Shown: positions 1 to 10,146, counted from the stretch's first letter. The stretch is DNA of 64,000 nt from an uncultured Methanosarcinales archaeon (GCA_964604645.1 CAZRZP010000001.1:9394-73393); one strand, 5' to 3'. The notes: a model not told the origin generated them from the sequence alone. Program-made: numbers and translations.

Positions 1-23
1 GATTATGAAATGATGCTAATTTA

Positions 24-746
24 TTATGCTTTCTCCCAGATAAAATCAAAATAATCGTGTAGCGTTTTCCTTACTTGTTCATTTTCAATCAAGATTACCT
101 GAGGATTTTCTTCCCAAATGAAGATTGCTACTTTATCACCATAAATATTTATCGTTACGTTTGATTCAACATCACTGGGAACTTCTTTATATTCTGTATA
201 TTTGGTGTTAGATTTCGTCTTTCTTCCTTTACGTATCAAAACTTTGTTTTTTAATTTCTGACGTTTTTTCCTCTTGCTAAAAATTGGTGCATAATATGGC
301 ATCAACTTACCAAACATGCCTTCAGAACCAAGCATTTGGTAATCTTCTCCTGTATCTAAAATATCTTGGAAAATTGTTTTAAGTCCTTTGTATCCTTTAA
401 ATTTTTTAACAATCGTTGACTTTTTAGAGTAAGAAAATTGTTTTTGTAGGTTTGGTATAATCCTTTTAGCAACCTCTTCCTTTTCTTTATAATAATCAAT
501 TATTTTTTTTGGATCTTCAGGAACATAGATTGTTCTCTTATTTTCAAATATTGTAGAAACAACTCCTCTATCGATTAATGTACGCAAGGCATTATATGTG
601 CTACTTCTATCCAGCTGAGCTTCCTTTGCTATCTTACCTGCATAACTTTGTCCAATCTGCAAAAGGGTTAAATAAACTTTAGATTCATTTACTGTGAAGT
701 TTAACTTTTCAAGATCACGGAACGAGCTTTGTTTATAGATATCCAT
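24..746 (-). CDS. TrmB-family transcriptional regulator (N-terminal wHTH, C-terminal ligand-binding-like domain)
   Basis: N-terminal segment 'LTLLQIGQSYAGKIAKEAQLDRSSTYNALRTLIDRGVV' matches the TrmB-type HTH. A second TrmB-like gene is at 34228. Confidence 0.55.
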   Translation of the reverse strand: MDIYKQSSFRDLEKLNFTVNESKVYLTLLQIGQSYAGKIAKEAQLDRSSTYNALRTLIDRGVVSTIFENKRTIYVPEDPKKIIDYYKEKEEVAKRIIPNLQKQFSYSKKSTIVKKFKGYKGLKTIFQDILDTGEDYQMLGSEGMFGKLMPYYAPIFSKRKKRQKLKNKVLIRKGRKTKSNTKYTEYKEVPSDVESNVTINIYGDKVAIFIWEENPQVILIENEQVRKTLHDYFDFIWEKA

Positions 747-791
747 TTTTTATTCTTCTTATTTTCATTTTTAGATTATCTCTATTGCACA

Positions 792-1358
792 TTACAACTT
801 TTGATCTCTAAATCTGCCTTTGTATACTGCTTCTCCTTTACACTCTTCAAGTATTAGTTGGCAAATCTTCACTCCTGCTTTCAATATTATTTCGTGATTA
901 GAAGCATTGTATATCTCCAACACTTGATGATTGTTAACACCAACGGTAATAAATGGAGCAGTTATGTGGCTCATCAATCCAATTCTTGCGAATCTGCTTC
1001 TTGACTGCAACCATCCGCAAACATTTGAAGGCATCATCACTTTTTCTTTAGTAATTCCAAGAACTAATTGTCCTGGTTTTAGAACAAAGCCTTTATTGAT
1101 GTTTACAACTGTTGTATATTTTGAATAATCTAACTTCTTAGAGATGTCAATTGCTGGAATATTGTCTTTAAACACCCTTATTTTATTTGCTAACGTCAGG
1201 TCAACTGAAGATGGTCCTACAGATTTCTTATCAAATGGAGTAAATTTAAGCTTCTTCTGTCTAATCAGTTTTTGTATTTCATTTTTTGTTAATATCATGG
1301 TAGGTAGTATTAATGCAGTTCTATTTAAGTATTTCTGTTGTAGATAATTCTTCAACAA
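792..1358 (-). CDS. dcd: dCTP deaminase / dUTPase-fold protein
   Basis: Motifs 'GPSSVDLTL', 'VLKPGQLVLGIT' and 'RSRFARIGL...APFI..G' are typical of the Dcd/dUTPase beta-barrel family. Confidence 0.7.
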   Translation of the reverse strand: MLKNYLQQKYLNRTALILPTMILTKNEIQKLIRQKKLKFTPFDKKSVGPSSVDLTLANKIRVFKDNIPAIDISKKLDYSKYTTVVNINKGFVLKPGQLVLGITKEKVMMPSNVCGWLQSRSRFARIGLMSHITAPFITVGVNNHQVLEIYNASNHEIILKAGVKICQLILEECKGEAVYKGRFRDQKL

Positions 1359-1443
1359 ACATTTATATTAATTTTCATTAAATAGTAGTTAAAGCACCTA
1401 AAAAGAAGGTGATAGGTGGAAAAAACTACGGAGGAAAACGAAA

Positions 1444-1908
1444 ATGGAAAAACCAATAACATATGTAGCCACCTATCGTGGCGTGAGTGGATTTAGGAAA
1501 GGACTGCATGAGGGTCTTGAAAGAGACGTTCTGATTGCAGGAGCAGAAATACCGGGCGGCAATAGTTTCGGCGGATACAGCTTTGTACCAGCAGGACTAG
1601 CAGCAGAAGCATACTTGGAAGCAGACAAGGCTTTGGAAGAAGTTCTTGGAAGAGTTGACCAAGTATTTGTGTACCTTGGAGCACAAGGAGCAGGACCTGG
1701 CTTTGCTTACCTACAGGGTCTGGCTGAAACAAACGGCAGCAAAGACATCTCAATTGTAGCTTGCGACTGCAACTACGATATGAAGCAGAGTTTTGCTGGG
1801 ATGTACCAAATGTCTATTGTTTGGGCTGAGTGCGGCGGTATGGACACCTTAGGAAGAATTGTTGACGGAATCCTAAGGGAACAGACACAAGTTGCTGCAA
1901 CTGTGTAA
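1444..1908 (+). CDS. hypothetical protein with atypically high GC (about 47% vs about 32% background)
   Basis: Clean 154-aa ORF with a 'ggagg' SD about 8 nt upstream of the ATG. Gly/Ala-rich sequence ('IAGAEIPGGNSFGGYSF', 'ACDCNYD', 'WAECGG') that I cannot assign to a family. Followed by two hairpins at 1972-2030. Confidence 0.5.
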   Translation: MEKPITYVATYRGVSGFRKGLHEGLERDVLIAGAEIPGGNSFGGYSFVPAGLAAEAYLEADKALEEVLGRVDQVFVYLGAQGAGPGFAYLQGLAETNGSKDISIVACDCNYDMKQSFAGMYQMSIVWAECGGMDTLGRIVDGILREQTQVAATV

Positions 1909-1971
1909 AGCAAGTGAAAAAGAAAATGGGAAAGGTTAGAGGCAAAACAGTTTAGGAAAAAGCTATAAGAG

Positions 1972-2030
1972 GCCATGCAGAGCTAGGCATGGCTCTTTTT
2001 AATTCGGGATTATAGATTGATTAATCCCAA
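1972..2030 (+). terminator. tandem stem-loops with a T-tract downstream of the GC-rich ORF
   Basis: First hairpin is 'gccatgc-agagctag-gcatggc' followed by 'tcttttt'. Second hairpin is 'gggatta-tagattgat-taatccc'. Confidence 0.4.
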
Positions 2031-2103
2031 AATTTATGAGAAATAATTCAATTTAACTGTAATTATTACAAAAACTTAAAAGTGACGGTTATTGTGAAAA
2101 TAT

Positions 2104-2916
2104 ATGCTAAAAGAAATTTATACTTTTAAGGGAAAAGAACCCGGACCTAAAGTTGTTATATTGGGCGGTGTACATGGTAATGAAGTTTGTGGAGTTAATG
2201 CAATCAGAAAATTAAAAGATTCGTTAAAGATTGATGCAGGTGAATTACGATTAATTATTGCAAACCCCAAAGCTGTTGAGAATAATGTAAGATATACTGA
2301 AGAAAATCTTAATCGTTGTTTTTTGGACAAACAGAAAGGCACTGGTAGTTATGAAGAAAAGTTGGCTGCAAAAATAATGGAACATTTACGTTGGGCTGAT
2401 TTCTGTTTGGATTTACATGCAAGTAATTCTAAAGATTCAAAACCCTTTGTAATTGTTGCAAAGAAAAACTTAAGTTATGGATCAGTTTTACCGATTGGCA
2501 TTGTAGTTACTGGTTTTGAGAAATTCTACAAAGGCGGTTCTGGTGAGTATGTAGACTCTTTAGGAAAAATAGGGGTAGGAGTTGAGTGTGGATATTTGCA
2601 GGATGAAAAATCTACTGGAATTGCTGAACAATGTATTTTCTCTGTTTTACAAACTACTGGCTTAGTTAATTCGACTGATAATATTAATGCTGGTAATAAA
2701 GAAATCTTGGATTTAGTTTTTCAATATCATAATAAAGATGAATTTGTACCTGTTAAAGAATTTTCTGACTTTGAACCTGTTAAGGAAGGCCAGTTAATAG
2801 GTCATGATGGTAAGAATGAAGTTAAAGCAGACAGGGATGGATTTATTATTTTTTGTCGGAAAAGGAAAGCAGGTTATGGTGAATCTTTTGTGTTAGCTGT
2901 AGATGCATCAGATTGA
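2104..2916 (+). CDS. succinylglutamate desuccinylase/aspartoacylase (AstE/AspA, M14-like) family protein
   Basis: 'VVILGGVHGNEVCG' is the Zn-binding HxxE signature of the AstE_AspA family. Length is about 270 aa. Confidence 0.6.
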   Translation: MLKEIYTFKGKEPGPKVVILGGVHGNEVCGVNAIRKLKDSLKIDAGELRLIIANPKAVENNVRYTEENLNRCFLDKQKGTGSYEEKLAAKIMEHLRWADFCLDLHASNSKDSKPFVIVAKKNLSYGSVLPIGIVVTGFEKFYKGGSGEYVDSLGKIGVGVECGYLQDEKSTGIAEQCIFSVLQTTGLVNSTDNINAGNKEILDLVFQYHNKDEFVPVKEFSDFEPVKEGQLIGHDGKNEVKADRDGFIIFCRKRKAGYGESFVLAVDASD

Positions 2917-2958
2917 TATGTTCATTGGGTTGATATATTCATTGGAAAACCTTATTAA

Positions 2959-5900
2959 TTGTTAACATTTACTTTAATTGTGTCAGTAAAAAGAGATGAA
3001 AAGGAACTTAAAAAATTAGAAAAACATCTAGTTCTTGCTATTGATTGGACTGCTGCTGAATTTAAATATCTGGAAGAATTTAAAGAAGAGATTGAGAAGT
3101 TAAAGAAAGATGATAAACCTCGTAAACGAATGCGTAAAGCAGCCCATTTCTTAAGATATATTGGAAGATCAGAAAGAAGAGCATTCCATTTTCAAAATTT
3201 TGTTGGTAAAGAATTACATGAAATTTATGATGAATTAGTTGCAAGTAAAGCTGGTTTTAGCTCAAAAATAAAAGCAGTAATTGAATCAGTTCGTATCGTT
3301 GCTAAAGAGTTAGATGTCGAAATGTACTATTTAGCAAAAAACGCTTCAGAACATATAGGTCGTCTAGAAAGAGACTTAGATGGTGCCTATAGGCACATGG
3401 GCAAGGAACAAAAAAATTATCTTCAGTTAGTTAAACAAACTGAACAAAATATTGGCGATTTAGAAACTTGGATTGGTGGAATTGAAGTTAGTTTAAAGAA
3501 AGCTCAAGAATTATTACCTGAGCTAAATCAAGCTATTATTACTCGTGAAGGGTTGAATTTACTTAAAATGAAAAGCTGGCCGTTACCAAACGATCATCCA
3601 GCTACACAATTTCTAGCACAGCGTCCTGCGGATTTGTTACACATAATATCTGTTACTAGAGATTATGCTGCTAATTTGTTTATTGATCTGGAAAAAGCTG
3701 CTAATGTTATTGTTGAAAAACCATGGACTTGGCCAGGAATGGTAAAAATGATTGAATACAATCGTCAGAATGCATATCAGTTATTTCGCACAGGTTTCGA
3801 ACATATAGAAGATATAATTACTCCAGAAACTTGGCCTGGTTTAATTAAGTTAGTGAAAATTTCTCAACAGCATTCTGGTTATATGTTTGCTGTAGGTATA
3901 CCTTATGTTAAAAAGTTCATTACAAAACGTAATTGGCCTTTGATAGTTGATGGTTTTATCAAAATGTCTCGTGGTGATGATTCACAGCTTTGGCAGCACC
4001 ATTATAGTAAATCTCTCTCTGTTGTAGAACACATTATTACTGTAAAAAATTGGCCAAAGATAGCTTCTAATCTTGTTAGGTTGCCCTATACAGCAATTGA
4101 TTCCATATTTCCATCAATGAAAGAATTAATTACGATAGAATCTCTACCGATAATTGTTGATGGATTAGTAGAATTTGATAAAGCATTCGATAAATATAAA
4201 CAAGGAAGTAGTTCACGGCATTTTATTAATTATCGTAATGGGGGTTATGCTGCCCTTTCTAAAGTGGGTGGTACATATACGATTGAGTCATGGCCTACTG
4301 TTGTTAAAATATTTATTGAATTCGTAGAGAAAGAGGTTCATTCTATGGATAAATTTGCTAAAACTTTTCAAATCTTGCATGATTATTTATCTCCAGAACT
4401 ATGGGGCGTAATTGAAAAAGTTCCAAAAAATGAGAGGGATCGCTTTATTCTATATTCTCTTGTTCCAATGAAAGAAATGCTTACGCCACAATATTTTCCT
4501 GGATTAACAAAAATAATTCAGAATTTAGATTCTACTGTGGTTTATAATTTATTTAAATACGGTATTCCTGCGGTAAAAGATTTAATCACGCCAAAAACCT
4601 GGCCCATAATTGTAGAAGAATTTATTGAAATTAGCAAAATGGGGAACATTGAAGCGAAATATTTCTTTGAACATATCCTTGTTCAGATGCCTCACTTAAT
4701 TCATAAAAAAAATTGGCTACCTTATTTGGATGGAATTATAAAAATAAATGAAGCAGAAGGAAAAGAAAAATTCATACTTCAATATGCGTTAAAAGGTGTA
4801 AAAACATTAATCACTCCTAAAACTTGGCCAGAATTAGTTAATAACTTAATCAAACTGGCTAAAATGTCTGATGCTTTTAAAGGCAGAGAAAGCGAGGTTT
4901 ACCATTCTCTAGATTATTTAACACCTCTTTTTATAAAGTTTGAAAATCAACTTTTTGATTTGTTAATCTTTCCAACTATCAAACGTCAACAAATGTCTTC
5001 TTCTAAAATTTTTAATAGTTTCTTAAGGCTTGATGAAATGTTTAAAAGAGAGGAGGATTTTACTTTACTTATTTCTATCATGAACAAACGGAAATTGAAA
5101 ACTAATGATTTCATAAAAGAGATATTAATCATTGGTAGAAAACGACTCTTTATATACGCGCCTTTATCACATCAAAAAGAAAACCTTCTATCTTTTGTTG
5201 ATAATTGTAGTGTTGACTTTATTGAAGTTTATCAGGAATATATTTCACTTCTTCATTCTGATCATCCTGAAAAGGCAAAGCATATGGAAATGTTTGTTAA
5301 AAAATACAAACAAATCAAACAAGACATTTTTTCGGGGGTATTATCACAAGATTTTGATGAAAAAATTCTTGTTGGTATTATTTACTCCGTTTTTGCTCCA
5401 GAAATTAGCATAGATAGAAGTACATATTATCGCACGTATTCTTCCCGTACTGACAGGCAAGCTGATATTCCAAATAAACTTTGGCATGGACTTACAAAAA
5501 TTTCTCCGTATGAAGTTAAAATTAGTAAAGGTGGAGTTGCTCTTAAAGCCGGAGAGGAATTAAGAGACGAAGCGTGGCATAATTTAGTGGAAGCGGTGGC
5601 AGAAATAAATACAAAACCGGTAACGGTTATTCCTCAACAACTTGGATTGGATTTACTTAAAGCATTCGTCACAAAATCTTTGAAAGATGAAAAGAAAAAA
5701 TATGTTAAATTACTTTATGCTTTCTCCGTACAATTAGGGGAAGCCCTTCCTGAATTCAACACTTCCCATATTACTTTAATGAAATATAAAGAATTCGTTG
5801 GAGATAGGTTAAGGAATGATTTAATTTTAAAAGTAGTTTCTGAAGCTCATGAAAAAGAACCAGGAGAATTTACAAAAATAATTCAATTAATTGGAAAGCC

Positions 5901-6666
5901 AAAGAAATTTGACGGTTTAGCAAAACAACTTCATAAAATGTGGACTTCTGCTATGCCTGATAAAATAACGCGCATCAAAGCTGTTTTAGAAAGAAATAGG
6001 ATTCATGTAGATAATCTTAATTGGACAATAACTAACTGGCAGGACATTAGGGGTTGGTTACACGCTCAATCTGCAAACACATTAAGTAAGAAAGTTATCA
6101 ACGATATTTTTGCCATGTTAACAGGAGAAAATTATAATCAAATGATTCATGAAATGGATAAGTTTGAACATTCTCATAAAGCTACTGGAAAAGGTGGGGA
6201 GAAATATCTGTTTATGCTATCAAAACGAAAACTACATTCTGTAGCTATGTATAATATGGGAGTTTGTGTTGCATCAGATGATCGGATGTGGAACATGCCT
6301 GATTTCTGGCCGATGATTATTTGGGATAAAAATTTCCATGCACACGGTGGTGTGATGTTTAGAACAATTGAAGAAGCAGGAAAAAAGTATCTAGTTCTTT
6401 CCATCAACCCTTCGTCTTCAATCCTTAACCAAGTTTCTCCTGTTCATCTGTATGATCAGATAATTGCTTATGCTGAAAAAATCAGAAAAAAGTTACATTA
6501 TGATCAGATATTGATTCCTACTAATGGCGCAATTCATTCTAATCGTGGAAGTATTCAAGCTGCAATTACAGAAAGATCTTACCCCAAGAAAACTCTTTCT
6601 AGTAAACATGTTTTTTCTTATTCGCCACACGCTTATACTTATCAGGAATTCTTTATTGTTGGTTGA
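2959..6666 (+). CDS. large cytoplasmic tandem-repeat protein (at least 10 copies of a 35-40 aa 'I/L-T-P-x-T-W-P-x-hydrophobic' repeat)
   Basis: Repeats recur every 35-40 aa between about nt 3820 and 4870, for example 'ITPETWPGLIKLVKIS', 'ITKRNWPLIVDGFIKMS', 'ITPKTWPIIVEEFIEIS' and 'ITPKTWPELVNNLIKLA'. No signal peptide. The true start may be downstream of the first listed codon. Confidence 0.55.
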   Translation: MLTFTLIVSVKRDEKELKKLEKHLVLAIDWTAAEFKYLEEFKEEIEKLKKDDKPRKRMRKAAHFLRYIGRSERRAFHFQNFVGKELHEIYDELVASKAGFSSKIKAVIESVRIVAKELDVEMYYLAKNASEHIGRLERDLDGAYRHMGKEQKNYLQLVKQTEQNIGDLETWIGGIEVSLKKAQELLPELNQAIITREGLNLLKMKSWPLPNDHPATQFLAQRPADLLHIISVTRDYAANLFIDLEKAANVIVEKPWTWPGMVKMIEYNRQNAYQLFRTGFEHIEDIITPETWPGLIKLVKISQQHSGYMFAVGIPYVKKFITKRNWPLIVDGFIKMSRGDDSQLWQHHYSKSLSVVEHIITVKNWPKIASNLVRLPYTAIDSIFPSMKELITIESLPIIVDGLVEFDKAFDKYKQGSSSRHFINYRNGGYAALSKVGGTYTIESWPTVVKIFIEFVEKEVHSMDKFAKTFQILHDYLSPELWGVIEKVPKNERDRFILYSLVPMKEMLTPQYFPGLTKIIQNLDSTVVYNLFKYGIPAVKDLITPKTWPIIVEEFIEISKMGNIEAKYFFEHILVQMPHLIHKKNWLPYLDGIIKINEAEGKEKFILQYALKGVKTLITPKTWPELVNNLIKLAKMSDAFKGRESEVYHSLDYLTPLFIKFENQLFDLLIFPTIKRQQMSSSKIFNSFLRLDEMFKREEDFTLLISIMNKRKLKTNDFIKEILIIGRKRLFIYAPLSHQKENLLSFVDNCSVDFIEVYQEYISLLHSDHPEKAKHMEMFVKKYKQIKQDIFSGVLSQDFDEKILVGIIYSVFAPEISIDRSTYYRTYSSRTDRQADIPNKLWHGLTKISPYEVKISKGGVALKAGEELRDEAWHNLVEAVAEINTKPVTVIPQQLGLDLLKAFVTKSLKDEKKKYVKLLYAFSVQLGEALPEFNTSHITLMKYKEFVGDRLRNDLILKVVSEAHEKEPGEFTKIIQLIGKPKKFDGLAKQLHKMWTSAMPDKITRIKAVLERNRIHVDNLNWTITNWQDIRGWLHAQSANTLSKKVINDIFAMLTGENYNQMIHEMDKFEHSHKATGKGGEKYLFMLSKRKLHSVAMYNMGVCVASDDRMWNMPDFWPMIIWDKNFHAHGGVMFRTIEEAGKKYLVLSINPSSSILNQVSPVHLYDQIIAYAEKIRKKLHYDQILIPTNGAIHSNRGSIQAAITERSYPKKTLSSKHVFSYSPHAYTYQEFFIVG

Positions 6667-6687
6667 TAGAGGAGCATAAAAGAAAAA

Positions 6688-8058
6688 CTATTGAACTCTC
6701 AAAGCAGCTCTTTGCACAACTTCATTCAAAGCAGGATGGACATGCACTGTTTCCTGAATGATCTTTAAAGCGTTCTTACGACTCGCTTTCATTGCGATTA
6801 AAACTTGATGTAATAATACAGAAGCATTTGGTCCCATCGCGTGAAATCCAAGAATTTCATTTCCTTTAACTAAAAACTTTGCAAAACCATTTTTTTCATC
6901 TAAAGCAGCACCCATTCCTGTATTTTTGTAATATGCTTTACCAACTTGATACTTAACCCCAGCAGATTCTAATTCTTGTTCAGTTTTTCCAACACCGGCA
7001 ATCTGTGGATGAGTAAATACTGCATGTGGCATTGGATAATAATTAACGGCCAACTTATTTTTATGGGTTACATTATGGGCTACATGATCTGCTTCTAAAT
7101 TAGCTGAATGTCTGAACATATATACTCCTGATAAATCTCCTAATGCCCAAATGTTTTTTACATTCGTCTCCATAAATTTATTTACCGAAACAAATCCTCT
7201 TTTATTTACTTTAACGCCTGCCTTTTCAACTTCAAGTAAATCAGAATTAGGTTTTACTCCAGTTGCTACAAGCAATTTATCTGCAGTATACTTTTTTGTT
7301 TTATTTCCAACTTTTGCTGATACAATTACTCTGTTGCCTTTCTTTACTACTTTAGTTGCTGATGCGTTAACTACCACATTAAACTTCTTCTCCCAAATTT
7401 TAGTAAATGTTTCTGCAACTTCTTTATCTTCTCTTGATAAAAGTAATGGTCCTCTTTGTAAAATAGTTATTTTACATCCTAAACTGCCATAAAAGTTTCC
7501 TAACTCACAGCCAATGTAACCTCCACCAATAATAATCATAGATTTAGGAAGTTTCTTCTGACGCAGGGCTTCCGTTGAAGTCATAAATGGAACCTTATCT
7601 AATCCTTCAAGTGGCGGAATGAATGGACGTGCACCAGCAGCTAATAAAATCTTTTTCCCTTTAAACCGCTTTTTCCCTTTACTTGTTTTAACTTCAATTT
7701 CATATTTACCAACAAACTTTGCAGTACCTTTAACTAGTAACGGTTTCTTATTTTTCTTTAAAGCATTTTCAATATTTCTAGCATCGCCATCAACCATCAA
7801 ATTTGCTCTGTCAGTAACTTTCTTGAAGTTTATTTTTTGAATGCTAGATTTAATTCCAAATACTTCTGAATTATTAATCGTCTCAGCAACTTCTGCAGAA
7901 TGAATAACTATTTTACTTGGAATACAACCGCGATTTAAACATGTTCCACCTAATGGTCCTTTTTCTATAATTAAAGTTTTAAGACCATTTGCAGCAGCAG
8001 ATGAAGCTACATTTAATCCAGCTCCAGAACCAATAACAATTAAATCAAAGACATCCAT
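6688..8058 (-). CDS. class I pyridine nucleotide-disulfide oxidoreductase (dihydrolipoamide dehydrogenase-like)
   Basis: N-terminal FAD fold 'DLIVIGSGAGL' and redox-active disulfide motif 'GGTCLNRGCIPSK'. Second dinucleotide fold 'IIIGGGYIGCE'. Confidence 0.7.
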   Translation of the reverse strand: MDVFDLIVIGSGAGLNVASSAAANGLKTLIIEKGPLGGTCLNRGCIPSKIVIHSAEVAETINNSEVFGIKSSIQKINFKKVTDRANLMVDGDARNIENALKKNKKPLLVKGTAKFVGKYEIEVKTSKGKKRFKGKKILLAAGARPFIPPLEGLDKVPFMTSTEALRQKKLPKSMIIIGGGYIGCELGNFYGSLGCKITILQRGPLLLSREDKEVAETFTKIWEKKFNVVVNASATKVVKKGNRVIVSAKVGNKTKKYTADKLLVATGVKPNSDLLEVEKAGVKVNKRGFVSVNKFMETNVKNIWALGDLSGVYMFRHSANLEADHVAHNVTHKNKLAVNYYPMPHAVFTHPQIAGVGKTEQELESAGVKYQVGKAYYKNTGMGAALDEKNGFAKFLVKGNEILGFHAMGPNASVLLHQVLIAMKASRKNALKIIQETVHVHPALNEVVQRAALRVQ

Positions 8059-8130
8059 CAGTATTAAGAATATTTAATGATTAATAAAACTTGCTTTAAA
8101 GATTATAAATAAACTAAAACAGCTACTAAC

Positions 8131-8826
8131 TTAACAATTACTTAGTGCTTCATTTAACCTATATTTACCCTTAACTCCTCCTTCAAATAAGTAGGCTTGT
8201 TGATTCTTACACACTAGAATTAAAGGGTTTTGGGCGTATTTTATTGCTCTATTTCCAAATTGTTTAACTATGCTATCTTTCAATTGGTTAGATGCTAAAA
8301 CAAAAGACCAATCGTAACCATATAAATCCATCTGTTTAATAGTTTGATCTTTTTCAGCATTCAAATCCACATTTACTGATATGTAAGTATATGATTCATT
8401 ATTTTCTGAAATAAATTCACTTAATTTTAATTTTTGTTCACTACAAGTTCCACAATTAACTGAGTAAGGTTCAACGAATATTGTTTCCCCTTTCAAACTA
8501 TCAATGGTGAATATTTCATCTGTTTTAACGTTCTGCATGTCGATTCTCATCCATCTTGTATCGTTATAAAACTGAGTTTCTACTGGTTTTTCTTCTATAT
8601 TTTTTTCTGGTTCTATTTGTTCTTTTGGTTGCTCAACTTCTTTAACTACTGGTTGCTTTGATTTTTGGGATTCTTCAATTTTAGGAATAGGTTGCTCTTT
8701 AGGAGCTTCTTTCGAAATAATTACATTATCTGGTTCTAAATCAGCGCTGTTATCTATTCTTTCCTTAATTTCTGGTGTACAACTAACGACTAGCAATAGG
8801 AAAACCAGTATTATTATTTTTTTCAT
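8131..8826 (-). CDS. secreted lipoprotein-like protein with a Pro/Glu/Lys-rich linker and a C-terminal CxxC (thioredoxin-like?) domain
   Basis: Signal peptide 'MKKIIILVFLLLVVSC' with a lipobox-like Cys. Low-complexity 'PKEQPIPKIEESQKSKQP' linker. 'NCGTCSEQ' motif. Confidence 0.4.
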   Translation of the reverse strand: MKKIIILVFLLLVVSCTPEIKERIDNSADLEPDNVIISKEAPKEQPIPKIEESQKSKQPVVKEVEQPKEQIEPEKNIEEKPVETQFYNDTRWMRIDMQNVKTDEIFTIDSLKGETIFVEPYSVNCGTCSEQKLKLSEFISENNESYTYISVNVDLNAEKDQTIKQMDLYGYDWSFVLASNQLKDSIVKQFGNRAIKYAQNPLILVCKNQQAYLFEGGVKGKYRLNEALSNC

Positions 8827-8924
8827 GAATCTTTAATCACACGTTGGTTATATAAAATTTCCTATTGCTGTTGTAGTTTCATATCTATAGAAACATATAA
8901 ATACCTCTAAAAAATCATTCTACC

Positions 8925-9896
8925 ATGAAAGTATTTGTTACAAGAAAAATTCCAGGGGATGCAATTAAACGTTTAAAGAAACATTTTACAGTTCGCGTTT
9001 ATCCAAAAGATGAAAAAATTCCTAGAAAAGAACTTTTGAAAGGAGTTAAATGGTGTGATGCTTTACTTTGTTTGTTAACCGAGAAAATTGACAAACAAGT
9101 TATTGATGCAAATCCTAATTTGAAAGTAATTTCTAATTATGCTGTTGGATATAACAATGTTGATGTTAAATATGCTACGGAAAAAGGGATTCCAGTTTGT
9201 AATACTCCCTCACAACAAGTAGTTGATGCTGTAGCAGAACATGCGTTTACCTTAATGCTATCTGTTGCAAAACGAATTCATGAAGATGAAATTTATGTAA
9301 GAAAACATAAATGGAAGGCTTGGGCTCCAGAATTATTGTTAGGAAAGCAGATTAAAGGTAAAACCCTTGGTATCATTGGTTTAGGAAGAATCGGTAAAGG
9401 TGTAGCTGAAAGAGCTTCACATGGAATGGGAATGAATGTATTATATCACGATTTAAGAAAAGATGCAAAATTCGAAAAGAAATATGGTGCAAAGAAAGTT
9501 CCACTTAATACCTTATTAAAAAAATCTGACTTCATTACATTACATGTTGCTTTAAACAAAAAAACGCACCATTTGATTAGCACTAAAGAATTAAAGTTAA
9601 TGAAGAAAACTGCTTATTTGATTAACACCTCTAGGGGTCCAGTAATTGATGAGAAAGCTCTTACAAAAGCATTACAGAAAAAACAGATTGCTGGTGCAGG
9701 GTTAGATGTGCACGAAACTGAACCTAGTAAAAATCACCCTTTGCATAAGATGAATAATTGTATCTTAACTCCGCATACTGCATCTGCTACAGTTGAGGTT
9801 CGATTACAGATGGGAACTGATGCTGCAAACAACATTTTTGCAATTTTGAAGAGAAAAGGCAAACCAAAGATTGTTAATCCAGAAGTTTTGAAATAA
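8925..9896 (+). CDS. D-isomer-specific 2-hydroxyacid dehydrogenase (glyoxylate/hydroxypyruvate reductase-like)
   Basis: NAD-binding 'GKTLGIIGLGRIGKGVAERA'. The overall pattern fits the 2-Hacid_dh family. Confidence 0.75.
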   Translation: MKVFVTRKIPGDAIKRLKKHFTVRVYPKDEKIPRKELLKGVKWCDALLCLLTEKIDKQVIDANPNLKVISNYAVGYNNVDVKYATEKGIPVCNTPSQQVVDAVAEHAFTLMLSVAKRIHEDEIYVRKHKWKAWAPELLLGKQIKGKTLGIIGLGRIGKGVAERASHGMGMNVLYHDLRKDAKFEKKYGAKKVPLNTLLKKSDFITLHVALNKKTHHLISTKELKLMKKTAYLINTSRGPVIDEKALTKALQKKQIAGAGLDVHETEPSKNHPLHKMNNCILTPHTASATVEVRLQMGTDAANNIFAILKRKGKPKIVNPEVLK

Positions 9897-9911
9897 ATTT
9901 ATTATTATTGT

Positions 9912-10127
9912 TTAGTTCTTACTTTTCTTTCTAAAATCATAAATAGCTACAATTGTAAACACCGATTGTAAAACAATAAAAATCACATCTCTTAATGAAA
10001 TACTATATATCAACAAAAACAAACCTCCAAAAATGTAGAATATATCTTGTTTCTTCCTTCTTCTTGTAACAACTCCCAATATAATAAAAATAAGTCCAAC
10101 AATTCCAAATATTTTTGCTAATATCAT
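9912..10127 (-). CDS. small two-TM membrane protein
   Basis: 71 aa with two hydrophobic helices separated by 'RRRKKQD'. Confidence 0.3.
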   Translation of the reverse strand: MILAKIFGIVGLIFIILGVVTRRRKKQDIFYIFGGLFLLIYSISLRDVIFIVLQSVFTIVAIYDFRKKSKN

Positions 10128-10146
10128 TATCTACTACGCTATCCAT

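Noticed and set aside
931-1347. Plus-strand ORFs (931-1128, 1144-1347) inside the minus-strand dcd gene. Similar antisense ORFs inside other genes: 1493-1753, 1773-1976, 2118-2342, 5132-5413, 6174-6407, 7151-7840, 10870-11145, 11508-11801, 13012-13867, 19581-19940, 21879-22070, 25144-25362, 27603-28223, 28689-28883, 31560-31907, 33373-33579, 36421-36609, 37517-37699, 39930-40148, 42889-43344, 43844-44032, 44801-47928 (several), 48158-50022 (several), 52144-52890, 53017-53525, 56009-56257, 60919-61113, 62725-62940.
   Set aside because: They lie entirely antisense or out of frame within longer ORFs that have clear homology or motifs. They are low-complexity or hydrophobic shadow frames typical of AT-rich DNA.
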